From: Phyllosticta citribraziliensis
Taxonomy: Eukaryota
DNA length: 64,000 nt
Direction of reading: 5' to 3'
Assembly: GCF_038025025.1 (NCBI RefSeq)
Contig: NW_027117341.1
Coordinates: 186,001 to 250,000, forward strand
The position numbers and the translations under genes are program-made. Shown in pieces: positions 49,373 to 62,100 of the stretch. Within the stretch, counting starts at the first letter, position 1. The number at the start of each line of letters is the position of its first letter. The notes under the pieces were generated by a model, which saw nothing but the letters and a program-made list of their open reading frames with translations, was not told the DNA's origin and did no database searches.

Positions 49373-51258
49373 TCACGCCGCATGCTCGAACCGATTGGCT
49401 TGCTCGCGCCGCCGCCTGACGTTGTGCTCGTGGCGGATCGTCCAAAAGATGAGCAGCAAGCCGATGAGGCTGCCCGCAAAGGTAAAGCCGTACGCGGCAC
49501 GGTAGCAGGAGAGCCCCTTTGTGCACTCGCGCTCGCCGCCCTCGAGCTCTACCGATTGATGGTCGTAGATGCTGCCGTAGCAGAGGTTGAAAATGTTGCC
49601 GCTGACGACAGGCGATAGGGTCATGAATCCCCAGTTTTGCGTCATCACTTGCACTCCAAAAGCGTCGGCGACTATTGAGGGAAAGACGCCGAAAAGAGCT
49701 CCGTACGCAAGACCAGTTAGGCCGCTGAGCATCCATAGATGGTTCGGATCTTCAATGTTCATGGCGACAAATTGACCAGTGGTAAAAATGAGAGCCGAGA
49801 GTATGAGGCACCAGAATCTAGAAAGACCAAGCTGCTTGACGATGAAATCTGATCCGATTCCTGAGGTGAGACGGCCAAGGAAGGAGCCAACAGAGATGAT
49901 GGACACTTGGGTGAGTTGGGCGTGGGAGATGAATTCCTTGGACGCGCTGTCATCATAGTGGGACCAGAGGGCCGTGGTCTGGGGAAATTAGCATGTCATG
50001 GAGAGTCTTGTGGCAATCGCTTACGTCGTGACCAATGTTGTTGATGGTCATCAGTCCTATTCCTGTCAAGAGTCCCAACACTGAGAACAGCTGCCAGCAC
50101 GTCAACGTGCGCAGCAACCTCACCCCTGAAATACCTGTTCGATGTGAGCTTTCGTCTTGACTCTCGCTTACTGTGACCTGGCTGATTGATTTGCTCTCCT
50201 CGGACGCGGTTAATTCAGACAAGAGGGATGTGGTCTCGGACTGCACTCTGCTGCTCGGGCCAATGGACGCTTCCTGATCTGTACGGTCTGGGTTGGAAGC
50301 CGCCCAAGGGGTTCGGGGGAGTTTAAACAAAAGAAATCTCTGCTCTCACCTTCCTCGGGGAGGCCACCAAAGAAATCGCTTTCCCTCGACTTTCTCGGGC
50401 GATGTCCGGCATTCTCGCCAGTGGGGACGGCGGAGTACGAGGCGTTTTCCGGAGACACTAGTTGAAGGAAAAAGGTGCCGACAAAGGCCATGCCAAGAGT
50501 GAGACAGGCAAGCAACATGAGAAGGCCAGAGGTGTTTCCAGGAAAGACTACACGCGAGATGGTTGTAAAGAAGAATGCGCTTAGCCCAAAGGCAGCCAAC
50601 GGAAAGGCCGTGGCCGTGCCGCGGTGATTGGGCCAATTGGTAGCGGCTGTGGTTATCAGCGGAGAACGACGACAAATGCAGAGGACGGCGCACCAGTCTT
50701 GAGTGCAGCTGAAAAGGCACCGGAACTTCCCAATCCAGTCAGGAAAGACAAGAAAGACAAGAGCACCATGCTCATTGAACCTGGTCCGTTGTCATAGGCT
50801 AGCGCGCATTAGCTCCGCGTTGCGAAATGTGTCTCTGATAGCACACCTTTTTTGAGAGGAAAGTATCCGGCAAATATCAGCAGCGAACCCAAGAATCCAG
50901 CTGGTCGTGGGCCTTTGCTGTCAACCAACATGCCCGTGGGTATTCCCGACGCGTACATGCCGATGTTGCCAGCAACACCCTGATCATGTTCAGTATCGTG
51001 TATGGCGCAAGTCGGCGCGAGTTCTTACGATGAGGTTGCTTTGGGTTGCGGAGAGCTGTAACCGGTCGGCGAATTGTGGCGCCCATGCGGAATAGGCATA
51101 CTGGAGAGGCATTAGCAGGTGTTGACAGGGCGCAATGGCCGGGGCTGAAGGAAGTGGATTACGTTTGTGCCGCAGGCCAGGGCTACTGAAGTCGCGGCCA
51201 CAACAGAGAGGATGCGAAGCTTGCGGTGGTCCCGCTCGTCCAGCGAATCTGTAATCAT
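49373..51258 (-). CDS. MCH1: MFS transporter, Mch1/nodulin-like; multi-exon
   Basis: MITDSLDER...VALACGTN|YAYSAWAPQFADRL...SNLI, NWPNHRGTATAFPLAAFGLSAFFF, GIGLMTINNIG, SFLGRLTSGIGSD, YGALFGVFP, NWGFMTLSP. Confidence 0.85.
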
Positions 51259-51804
51259 TGTCGCTAGAGGGAGAGGGTCCGATGGGTGTCCAGAGTCGCG
51301 GAGGATTCAAGGGCGCATTGAGTTTAAGACTGGGGAAGCAGATCCGCAAGTCTCCGTGCCCAGCGATAAGTTACGGGGAGCCGGGGGTTCGTAGGTGGGC
51401 GGAATGCAGATAAGAGGGAGGATGAGGGAGATCAAGGCCACGCAGGCATGCGGTGAGAAGTAGCGAGAGAGATCATGGAGTCGCGAGTGGAGCAGGCCTC
51501 CTATTAGTCGAGATGGGATGGGATTCAGTGTCCACGCACGCTCTCAGGCTCAGGCTCAGGCTCAGGCTCAGCTTCAGGGACCTGCGACAGATGAGTGGGC
51601 CGCCCCGTCATGTCGTTTCCCCCGCTCCGCCTAGGGTCCACGTCATGGCCGGCAACGTCTTTTCTGCTGTTCCTCCCGGTCCCGCTGCCGTGCCACGCCA
51701 AGCCGTCGGGCTCGGGCGCAGTCGTTCACCTCTTGCGTAACCACCGCAACCACCTCCACCTCTGCTCGACTCTCACCAGTCACCACCATCCAACATCCGC
51801 AACC

Positions 51805-53354
51805 ATGGGCGCCCTGCTCTCTCTCCCTATGCTGGCTGTGCCTGGCGTTGGCACCGTACGTCCACCTCCCCCCTCTCGCGCCCCACTGACTGACAGTCGT
51901 GATAGCTCGTCAGCTTCGCCGCCTCATGCTGCGGTGCTGCGACTTGCGGCGCCGTCTGCAGTGCCTGCGGAAAATGTCAAAACAGGTGCGATGCTCTGCT
52001 CTACATGTCCTCCGACTGCAGCTAACCGTCTCCAAGCATGGCCACTCGCATCGCCTATGCCCTCATCCTCCTCGTCAACTCGATAGTGTCCTGGATCATG
52101 CTCACAGACTGGGCCATTAAAAAACTCCAACACCTGACCCTCGACTACATGGACTTCCAATGTGGTGGAAAGGAATGCTACGGATACGTCGCCGTCCATC
52201 GATTCAACTTTGCCCTCGGCGTCTTCCACGCCATCATGGCCATCATCTTGCTCGGCGTGCGGACCTCCAAGGACGGCCGTGCACCCATCCAAAATGGATT
52301 TTGGGGCCCCAAGATCATCGCCTGGCTGGGCCTCATCGTCGTCAGCTTCTTCATTCCGGAAGGCTTTTTCGTCTCTTGGGGCAGCTACCTGGCCGTGATT
52401 GGTGCCGTCCTCTTCTTGCTGCTCGGCTTGATCCTTCTCGTCGACCTCGCGCACAACTGGGCCGAGTACTGCCAGGACAAGATTGAGACTACCGGATCCA
52501 AGACCTGGACGTGGTTGCTCATTGGCTCGACCATGTTCATGTACCTGGCCTCGTTTGCCATGACCATCGTCATGTACATTTACTTTGCGCACGGAGGATG
52601 CTCGATGAACCAGGCCGCCATCTCGGTCAACCTCGTCCTGCTCCTGATTGCGTCCATCATCTCGGTCCACCCCAAGATCCAGGAAGTCAACTCGCGCGCC
52701 GGACTTGCCCAGTCTGCCATGGTTGCGATTTACTGCACGTATCTCACAATGTCCGCCGTGGGGATGGAACCAGACGATCACAAGTGCAACCCACTTATTC
52801 GCGCGCGCGGCACTCGCCGAGCTAGCATCGTCATCGGCGCCATCGTAACCTTTGTCACGGTTGCATATACCACCACCCGGGCCGCAACATATGGTCTTGC
52901 GCTCGGCTCCCAGGGCAACAACCAGTACTCTGCAGTCCACACCGATGACTACGAGCACGGCCTCGTCACGCAGCAACCCGAGAGCCGACGCGAGATGCGC
53001 CAGGCAGCTCTCCGCGCCGCCATTGAGAGCGGCAGCCTGCCCGCCAGTGCTCTTGACGACGACGACGACTCGGACGACGAGTCGGATGACGGCAACGCGA
53101 ATCGCGACGACGAGCGCAACAGCACGCAGTACAACTACACCTTGTTCCACGTCATCTTCCTGCTGGCAACGTGCTGGGTCGCCACGCTCCTCACGATGAA
53201 CTTTGACCCAACGGAAGAAAACGACGGATTCGTCGCCGTGGGCCGCACGTACTGGGCGAGCTGGGCCAAGATCCTCAGCGCGTGGGCCTGCTACGGCATC
53301 TACATTTGGAGTCTCATTGCACCGATGGTGCTTCCAGAGCGCTTCGACTACTAG
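51805..53354 (+). CDS. TMS1: Serinc/TDE family membrane protein Tms1
   Basis: MGALLSLPMLAVPG...ASCCGAATC, ATRIAYALILLVNS, IQNGFWGPK, LVDLAHNWAE, QYNYTLFH, W.KI.S.W.CY..Y.WSL.AP. Confidence 0.95.
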
Positions 53355-55885
53355 GTCGGACGCGGAAGGCAGAAAAACACAAGAAGTTGCGCGCAGGCGG
53401 CCTTTTTTTGACGAGTCCTACGAATTATACCTCATTTTTCATTGTGGTGTTGGAGGAAAGGGAAGATCTTTTTGACTCGGGTTTGAGTGGTCCTTTTTTC
53501 ATGTGCATACTTCAGACTGACACTGTTTTTCACCATCAACCTCGTCATTTCATTTTATCTTGTCTCAGTCATCAAATTTGCATATCCAACGTCTTCCTTG
53601 CTCTCCGTCTCTCTCCCTCAACGTAAACGCAGGAGCGTAGGTAGGTTCTCCACCGTGGGCAGTGTAGTTCTCGCAGCGCCGCCATGCACGCACGCCCGCT
53701 CGCTCGTCTGACGCGCAGCGCAGCACAGCACACCTGCATTTCATCTCATGTCATCGCGGCGCGGCGCGGCCCTGCCCTCCCTTCCGCAGCCGCGCACGCC
53801 GCCTGCCCATCATCTCGCAGACCACCCGACGCGTTCACTGCGAGGCAGGCGTTTGGCGGGCATGGGCAGCCATGCAGCATGTCGGGCGCGGAGGCTGTCT
53901 GTACTTCGTTCTTACCGCGCGCCGGCCATAGCATATCTATCGCTGCGCTGCGCTGCGCTGCGCTACGCTGCGTCTCTCCCTTTGGCAACGCCTGCCTTGG
54001 TCCCAGGTGCCGGGTACATTTGGGTTAGTTGGAGATGGAGGGGAGGGGAGGCGAGGCGTGCTAGAGTCGGAAGTGGGTGCGTGCCTACAAGCATTCCGAC
54101 ATGTTGAGGTAGCTGTGGGTAGGCATGTAAGCAAGCACTCGGACAAGGAACACCAGTGAGTGGTAGGTAGGCAGGTAGGTAAGCTGAGCGCGCCGTCGCG
54201 CTGAGCTCCTCAGCCAGCCTCTGTTCGTTTCGTTCCGTCTCATCTCATCTCATCTCAGCTTTGCTCTGCTGCGTTTCGCTTGGCTACGCTTGGCTTTCGG
54301 GACCGCCGCGCCGCGACGCGCCGTGCAGCGGTCGTGTCTACTTGGGTTGGCGTCTGCGCATGCGGTTGGTTGGTTGGTTGCGGTGTTGCGGTGATGGAGA
54401 GAATACTTGCTTGCTCGCTTGCATGCTTGCAGTGGATGATGGCACATACATATCTTGCCCAATCATGCTACATCTCTGTCTACGTGTGCCTCCTGTCGGC
54501 CGGCCGGCGCACTTGAGCGGCAGGCACTGCTGCTCTTCAGCCAGCCACGCACGCGCCCACCATCAATCAGATAATCGGAGCCTCGATCTGATCTGATCTT
54601 GCAGCGAAATGCAGTGCAGCGGTATATCCCGCCTCGTCCTCCGCCTCCTCCGCCGCCGCCGTGCCGCCCGCCAGCGGGAAACGACAGGACGCGGGCACGG
54701 CACGGCAGGGCGGACGGGCGGGCGGACGGGCGGGTAAGCGGGCGGATGCCGGGCGGGTGGTGGCAGGCAGCGGTACCGTACGCACCGTACGGGGATGGAT
54801 GGCGGCGTACGGTACGGGACCGGGTCAACGGGGTCAACCTTGAGTTTATTCGCGCCGCGCTATTGGCATTGGCATGGACGGGCGAGAGAAGGAAAAGACG
54901 AGGCGCTCCCGCCGCCGACGCGACGCGAGCAGGAAAGTAAAGGCCTGTTTGCTTTCGTTGGCGGGGGGTTGGGTTGTCGGTCGGAATTGTTCGTGCCAAG
55001 GCGACTCGCGACGGCGTCACTGCTCTGCTGCATACACTTGTGGTGCGGGAGGTAGGTAGGTAGGTAGGTAGGTAGCAAGGCAAAGCAAGGCAAGGCAAGG
55101 CACGCCGACCGCAGCAGATGGGAAATCGTTGGACGGCTGAATTTGCCATGATTAGTGGATGGTGAATGGACGGGTAAAACGGAGAGAGAGAGGGCGAGAG
55201 GCGAGAGGCGAGAAGCGATGTGGTACGGTGTGGTGCCATGCAGCATGCAGCATGCCGGGCGGGACGGGACGGGTGCTTGATGCGTGGGTGTGTGGGCGAG
55301 TGGGTGGATTGACGCGGATGACTGGTTGCGCTGCGCTGCGCTGCTACATGATGGTGTTGGTTGTTGTGGTGTGGGTGTGTGTGGTGGGGGTGGTGGGGGA
55401 CTCGAGCAGAGAGAGAGAGAGAGAGAGCACATAGCACATGCATGCAGGCAGCCAGGCAGAGAGGAGAGACTCGACGCGACTGAAGACGACCCACCGCTAC
55501 ATCACTCACCCATGTATGTACCTCTGCCTACATCCGCAATACAACACACTTCATCCATTCAAAACCCGCCCAACGTCTCGAGAGAGAGCCGCAGATAAAA
55601 GAGCCCGGAGATGCAAAAAGGTAAGTGGGCAACCCCAGCCAACCGGTCGCCGTGTAGGCAGGCAGCTTGTTTATTAGCAGGGTGCCATGTTATGCGTGTC
55701 TTCTCTACAGGTATCTGCCGGCGGGCGGGCAGGCGGGCGGGTTTCCCTTGCATGCTCCTGCCATCTTATTCGCTCGACGCAGCCGCTGGTGGCGGAGAGG
55801 TGCAGCAGTCTGTCTACATGTACACGTTGTGAAGAAGAGGACGATGATGAAGAAGGCGAGGGTCTCTAGGGTAGACGTTTCGGGT

Positions 55886-55887
<2 letters not shown>

Positions 55888-55917
<30 letters not shown>
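55888..55917. repeat. Poly(T)30 homopolymer
   Basis: Read directly. Confidence 0.9.
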
Positions 55918-55920
<3 letters not shown>

Positions 55921-56940
55921 TCATGTTTTTGTCTGTTGTTTGGCTTGTTCTCTCGCTGTTTCTCTTTCTACCCTGTTCTGGAATTTTCTTCCCATGGGTG
56001 ATTGATGCATTCCCCCATCATACCTTTTCAAAAATTGAAACTCGTATCCAGTCATGAGAATAGTTGGACAGACAAAAGAAGAGCGGTTTCGTTTTAAGGG
56101 AAACTGTCTATCCCAGCACCTTCTCCACTATTACTCATACAGTTAATAGCCACCTGGGCCCTTTAGTCCGCATCCGCATCCGCATCCGCATCCACAAAGC
56201 AAGTTTCTCTCTTCTCCCAGCCAGCGCCAGCATCAATGACAGAGAGAAGCACGTAGAGACGCTGTCTGCCAGGGCAGTGCACCAGCCACACTTCACAGCA
56301 GCACAGTCTCCCACACCTACCATGCCCTCCCTACCCAGCTCGCTCCTGCATCACCCTACTCCTCCTACTCCTCCTCCATGCTTCCCAGGCTATCACCCAC
56401 AGCCCATCCTTGCGCCGTACGTCCGTCCGTCCTCTCGCTCCCTGGGCCCCAGCAGAGGAGGTGGAACATCATGATGTGATGGGACGCGATGTGATGTGAT
56501 GTGACCAACGCGCCGGGCCAGGATAGACGTGATGGGGTGGGCGCCCGCATGCCGCGCTGGTCAGATGACCAGTGAGTGGGTGGGTCGGTTGGCGGACGGG
56601 CAGACGACGCGGAGCATTGTTGGTGGACACGGTCGGTGGTGCTTGCTGCTGTTGCTGTTGCTGCTGCTGTTGCTGTTGCTGGCGTGGCGGCGCGGCGCGG
56701 CATGGTGGGTTCTGCTCATTGCCTTGCCTGGTCCAGTAAGTGAGCGATGATGGCGACGTGGGAGCGCGTAGACTGGCGTCGAGTGCGTCGAGTGCAGAGC
56801 TGGGGGGCAGCAGCGTGGAGCGCGTCACATCCAACAAACCGACAGACACACGCCACGCTGCGGCGACTTGCTTGCCCACCATACAGTTTTCGCACTGGGC
56901 GAGGGACGGCCGAGGTTGCCAACTCAGCTCGGCTTTTTTT

Positions 56941-56982
56941 CAGCTACCAGCTACCAGCTACCAGCTACCAGCTACCAGCTAC
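56941..56982. repeat. (CAGCTAC)6 heptanucleotide tandem repeat
   Basis: Six perfect copies read directly. Confidence 0.92.
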
Positions 56983-57075
56983 TAGGTACATAGGTAGATA
57001 AGTAAGATAGGTTAGCGGGCGCATAGGGGACAAGGCAGCCAGCCAGCCAGCCCGGCAGAGCTGCGCTCGGAAGCG

Positions 57076-57099
57076 AAAAAAAAAAAAAAAAAAAAAAAA
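57076..57099. repeat. Poly(A)24 homopolymer
   Basis: Read directly. Confidence 0.9.
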
Positions 57100-57692
57100 G
57101 CAAGCAAAGGTAGATAGCGCGCTGTCACGGCACGCATGCAGCTAGCCACGCGAGGGATAGATTGGTCTGGGCATCTCTGTGGGTGGGCACTTTGGCGAGC
57201 ATGCCGTGAGCAAAGGCTGACTGGCAAGAGTGGAAAAATAGAGAGAAATGAAGAGAGAGAAAAGGCGAGACGGGAAGGGAGCAGGAAGCAAGCGAGCATC
57301 ACACATCTTTTCAGAAAGTGTTGTCAAAAGTGCGAGAATACCATGATATACGCATAGCAATGATGCACGAAGGCGTCCGGTCCGTCTTAGACTGCAGCCA
57401 CCACAGTCTTCTACCACTGCACCTTCTCCTCCACCTTCACCACCATCGACACCACCCTCGACTGTCTGTCTGTCTGTCTTCTCGTCTCTGAGCGTCGCAA
57501 AAGAAAAGCCAAGCCAAACGCGCGGGAAAAAGTCCGACTGTGCTAGCTCAAGCCCTAACCCAAAACGAAACGCGATCAATCGAAACAAAGACGGAAAAGT
57601 GATGGGGGAAATCGCTCTCGCTCAGACCAGCTCTTCTCTCCTGTCTTTCTTTCTGCTCTGCTCCGCTCGGCCAAATAACCCAACCGAAAAAA

Positions 57693-57718
57693 GGGGGGGG
57701 GGGGGGGGGGGGGGGGGG
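57693..57718. repeat. Poly(G)26 homopolymer
   Basis: Read directly. Confidence 0.9.
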
Positions 57719-59491
57719 AAAGCAGGAAAAGAGCATCCCAATCACCATAACCCCATGACGCATACACCGACGACGACGAAAAAGCGGCATGGACCGAGGA
57801 CCCGAAAAGAGAAAACGAAAGAGAGAAATAAAGAAATGGCCCGTCTAGATAGCTATTTTAGCAAGAGAGGAAGGAGACGGAGAAAGGAAAGGAAGACAAG
57901 GGGCATAGAAATGTAATGCTATAAGCAAGGAAGGAAATCAAGCGAGCGAGCTAAGGAAGAGAGAAAAGCGATGGCGGCGTGGAAGAAGAGTAAGGGATAG
58001 ATGGAGAGGGGAATGGGAGGAAGGAAAAGGTAGGTGGGTAATGCAAGAAGTGCGTCAGACAGACAGTGAGTCGTCGCGCAAGCAAGCGCCAAACAAGACA
58101 AACGAAACAAACAAACGAAACGCCGCAAACAGCACTGAGCAGAGAAGCGATCGGATGCTGGAAGAAACAGGGATGCATGCAACTGAGACAGACGACGGGT
58201 TTGTGTGTGTGTGTGTGTAGGATGAGATGGGAGGTAATGACGTGCAGAGCAGCGGCGCGAAGCAGGCAAACAGCAAGGAGGAGCAGGAAGAGGCCGCAGC
58301 GAGGAGACGAGACGACAGGAGACGAGAGCAACGCGAGGAAGGACGTGAAACGGGAAACGAAAATGATGCCCTGGACAATCAGCGCAACCGGGTCGAGTGT
58401 CGTGCCGCGCGCGCGCGTGCGCGTGGTACATGCGTCCCGCCGCCTGTCTGTCTGCCGTCCGTCCTTCCGTCGTCTGCGTCTCGTCTCGTCTCGTCCCGTC
58501 CCGCTCTGCATCGCCCCATCGATCCAAAGCGCTGGGTCTGGGTGTCTGTCTGTCTGCCCTTGCTTGCATTTTGTTACCTGGAGATGCACGCGTGCGGCGG
58601 AGCAGCAGTTGAGAGGGAAAGGACGCAGGACAGTGAGAGTGAGAGTGAGAGCGAGAGAGAAAGAATCGGAAAAAGGGATGACGAAGAAGAAGATGACGAT
58701 GATGATGATGGTGGCGACAAAAGACAAGATGAGAAGGAGAATAGGGAAATAGGAAAAAGACCACAGGTCAAGAAATGCCCACCGACCGACCGACCGTCCG
58801 TCCGTCCATCCATCCATCCGTTTGTTCGTCCGTTTGCCCTCTGCCGTCCTGAGAAGCCCGCAAGGAAATTGGAAACAGAAACACACCCTGCTAGCCGCCC
58901 ATCCCAGCCAAGCCCAGCCCATCCCACCTGCACACCAAAGTAATATCCGATACCCAGCCAGCCAGACAAGCACCGCAACGAGACAAGGGTGACGACTATT
59001 AGAAGGAGAAAGCGATGAGCAGGGGCGGAAGATGAGAGAGATAGAGAGAGCGGAAGAGCAGTGGCCGCGTCACAGCGTCACATTCGCGTCGAGTGTCGTC
59101 CTGGCTCGTCCCAACCTGTCCGTGACCAGCGGAAATACGAAGCGTGTTTCCTGGTGATGGTTGCAGCGTGCGTGATTGATTGATTGATTGATGGCGAGCC
59201 TGACGGCCGCCAGCACCAGACAGGCAGCCGAGAGTGATTGCGGTTGAGCGAGGAGGAGGCGGACAGGGAGCGGTGGCAGCGCAGCCAGTGGGAAGAGCAG
59301 CCGAAAAGCAAGTGAGAGAGCAGCAAAAAGGCGAGGCGGTAGAGGCGTAGGCGTAGGCGTAGGCGTAGGCGTAGCCAGGCGTGAGAGGGTGGCGGTGGGT
59401 GGGATGGCGTGGCCCAAAGTGGCTAGGCCACCCGAGTGCACGCATGATCATCCGTGGACCATCAGCCGGACGCTCCACGACACCCTCAACT

Positions 59492-62100
59492 TCACGATCG
59501 CGACGTCCGCTGACCGTATTGCTGATACCCTCCCCCCTCAGCCCCAACCCCAGCCACCGACGAGCTTTCGACGCCCGCTGCCGCTCCAACGCCAACGCCA
59601 ACGCCAACGCCGCCGCCGCCGCCTGCGCCGGGTCCTGGTCCTGGTACTGGTCCTGGTCCTGGTCCTGGTCCTGGTCCCGTCGACGATGCCGCCGCCGTCG
59701 CTGTGCCTGGCGTGTCCAGGTAGGAAAAATCCCACGACGACTTGTACTGCGACGGCCCTGGGTGCTGCGGCGCCGGCTGGCCCCATTGCCCCAGCGCGGA
59801 GCCGCCCGACCCCAGCTGCTGCTGCGGGACCGTCAACCGCAAGTCGGGGAGGCCTGCTGATTGCCCCAGGCCACCTGATGCCTTGGTCGTGGGGGACAGA
59901 GCCGTCGAGGTCATGCTGGATGCGAACGCCGTCGAAGCTGCCGAGCTCGACGCCGACCGTGGCGACGCCGTGTGCCGCACCTCGCCCTCTGAAGCTCCTC
60001 CGCTACCGTACCCGCTAGCAACGGGCGTCGGCAGAGCCCCCGCCGTCGACGAGTAGCTTGCAGACTGTGTGTACTCCCGTCAGCCTCTGTATCCCGCCTG
60101 CCGCTCCCTTAAAAACTTACGTATTTTCCGATAATCTTCTTGAGCGCGTGCGACAATATCTTCCACGGGAACACCTTGACGTCCTTTTCAATGTTGCGCG
60201 GCTTAGGCGTCGGGAAGCCCATGATGATCTTGAAAAACTCCTCGCTCTCCGGCTTGGCCTTGGACACGGTCAGCGGCCGGAAGCCCTCCAGGTTGCGCCG
60301 GATGCGGTTCTTTTCCTCGACCGTGAACCGCACCCCGACCAGCGACTCGAGCAGGTAGATGGTGTCGACGCTCGTGACGAAGCACTCTTGCTTCTCCGCC
60401 CACCAGATGCAGCTGATGCAGATGCTGTGCGGCGTCCGATCCTCTGGCGCCACGGCCTTGAAAGACGTGTTGATGACGCTGCCGTTTTGGTTCCTTCGAA
60501 ACTGCACCAGCCGTCGCTTTGCCTCCCACTCGTCCTTGGTCCACCCTTCGGCCATGCCGTTCAGGTCGCCTTCAATCTTGAGCTGCGCCTTGGAGTTGGG
60601 GTACATGGCGTACGGGTTGAAGCCTTGCGAGCTCCCAATCAAGCCCGATGCTCCCGTAGATCCTTGGATCGTCGATGTCCTGACCAGCGGTGGATTTGTC
60701 GACAGCGAGGCCGATGGGAGTGTCGATGTCCTGCCGAGGAGCTGGTTCGAGTACAACGACGGGCTACGGAGGGTGGATGCGCCATAGCCGCTGCCGTATG
60801 TCGGGCCTTTGGCCGGAAGCGACGCCACGTTGAGGCTGGGCGAGTACTGGTAAGAAAGCTTTTGCGGCGGTTGGCCATATGAGCTGTACGAGCGCTGCGT
60901 CGGTGTTCTCTCGTACGTGGCTGGGTACGCGTACGATGAAGTGGTGCCTGCCTGCATGTACGGTGAGTCTGAACTGGGCGTGCTCGAGTAGACGCTCGGT
61001 GCTCTGCTCGTCTGCGGCGCCATGAACTGGGTGCCCGAGACGCGCTTTTGCGGCGATCTCAGGTAGTCGGTCGAATCGGTCGAAATCTTGCGCTTGCGCG
61101 ACATGTCTTGAGGAGATGTGTAGTAGGCGGCCGAGGGATCCTCGTAGGTAAAGTCGCCAACCTCGACGACTCCGAGGCTCTGGCCGTACTCGTCGTCGAC
61201 GTTGAGGAGGAGCGGCATCTGGCCTTCAATGTAGCCCGAGGCGGCGTCAAAGGGGGGGATGTCGGTGGTGATGGCATAGTGGAAGTAGGGGCCTGCGCCG
61301 CGGTTCTCAATCTTGGACCAGGTGGCCTCGCAGCGCTTGTTTCCAATCATGACGGAAAAGTAGAGGGACGGCGGGGTGGCGAGGTCGTAGGAGGTGCGTA
61401 TGTAGACGTAGAGCTTGGCGCCATGCAGAGCCTTGGAGGGTGAATAAGACGTTACTTCGGGAAGATGGCGCGAATAAGAAGAGTACGAGGCAGCCTGATA
61501 GGTCGTCACATCACGCGCCGCGAGGTTGGAGGCAGAGATAAACGGCATCTGCTGCTCTGCGCTCGAAGGACCATGGGACTGGCGCGCCTGCGCGCTCGAG
61601 TACTGCGAGGCGAATGATGACGGCTGTGCGAAGCTAGGGTAGCTCTGTTCTTGATTCGGCCGTGTGGCGGCATAATCTATAGTGGAGGGTGTGGTCAGTC
61701 AAAAAAAAAAAGCTAACCGGCGCTGGGCCTCACGTGTGCACACCCCCCCCGGGTCGATCCGGGTCAGGATGTGACGCGCAACAACGCCCTTGCAACCAAG
61801 CAATCAGGCAAGTCAGATGGATGGGCCAACCGCACAACTTACCGTACATGTACGGTTCCTGCGTCTTTTCGTAGCCAGACATGGACAGTAGCGCGGCTCC
61901 GAGTCCCGCCTCGGCCAGAGGACCACTGCGGTAGTCTTGGCCGTACTGCAGCGACGTGGGCTCGGATGGATCGCAGTCTTCGTCGACTATGACAGGCGCC
62001 TGGAGGCTGCTTGTGGTCCAGTGTCAGTAACGACGTGCGTCTTTGATCCGCCCGACAGTGACTCGAGACGCCAGACTTACCTGGTGGACGTGTGTACCAT
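59492..62100 (-). CDS. medA: Medusa (MedA/ACON-3/Ren1) developmental regulator
   Basis: Conserved block ISCIWW...CFVTSVDTIYLLE...FTVEEKNRIRRNLEGFRPLTVSK...PKPRNIEKDVKVFPW. Exons 62100-62081, 62006-61843, 61676-60121 and 60064-59492; second in-frame ATG at 61882 (MSGYEK). Confidence 0.9.

Noticed and set aside
55611..55832. ATG followed by GTAAGT and a later TACAG|GTATCT junction (possible mini-gene or recursive splice site)
   Set aside because: No CTRAC branch point before the acceptor, and the product is low-complexity.
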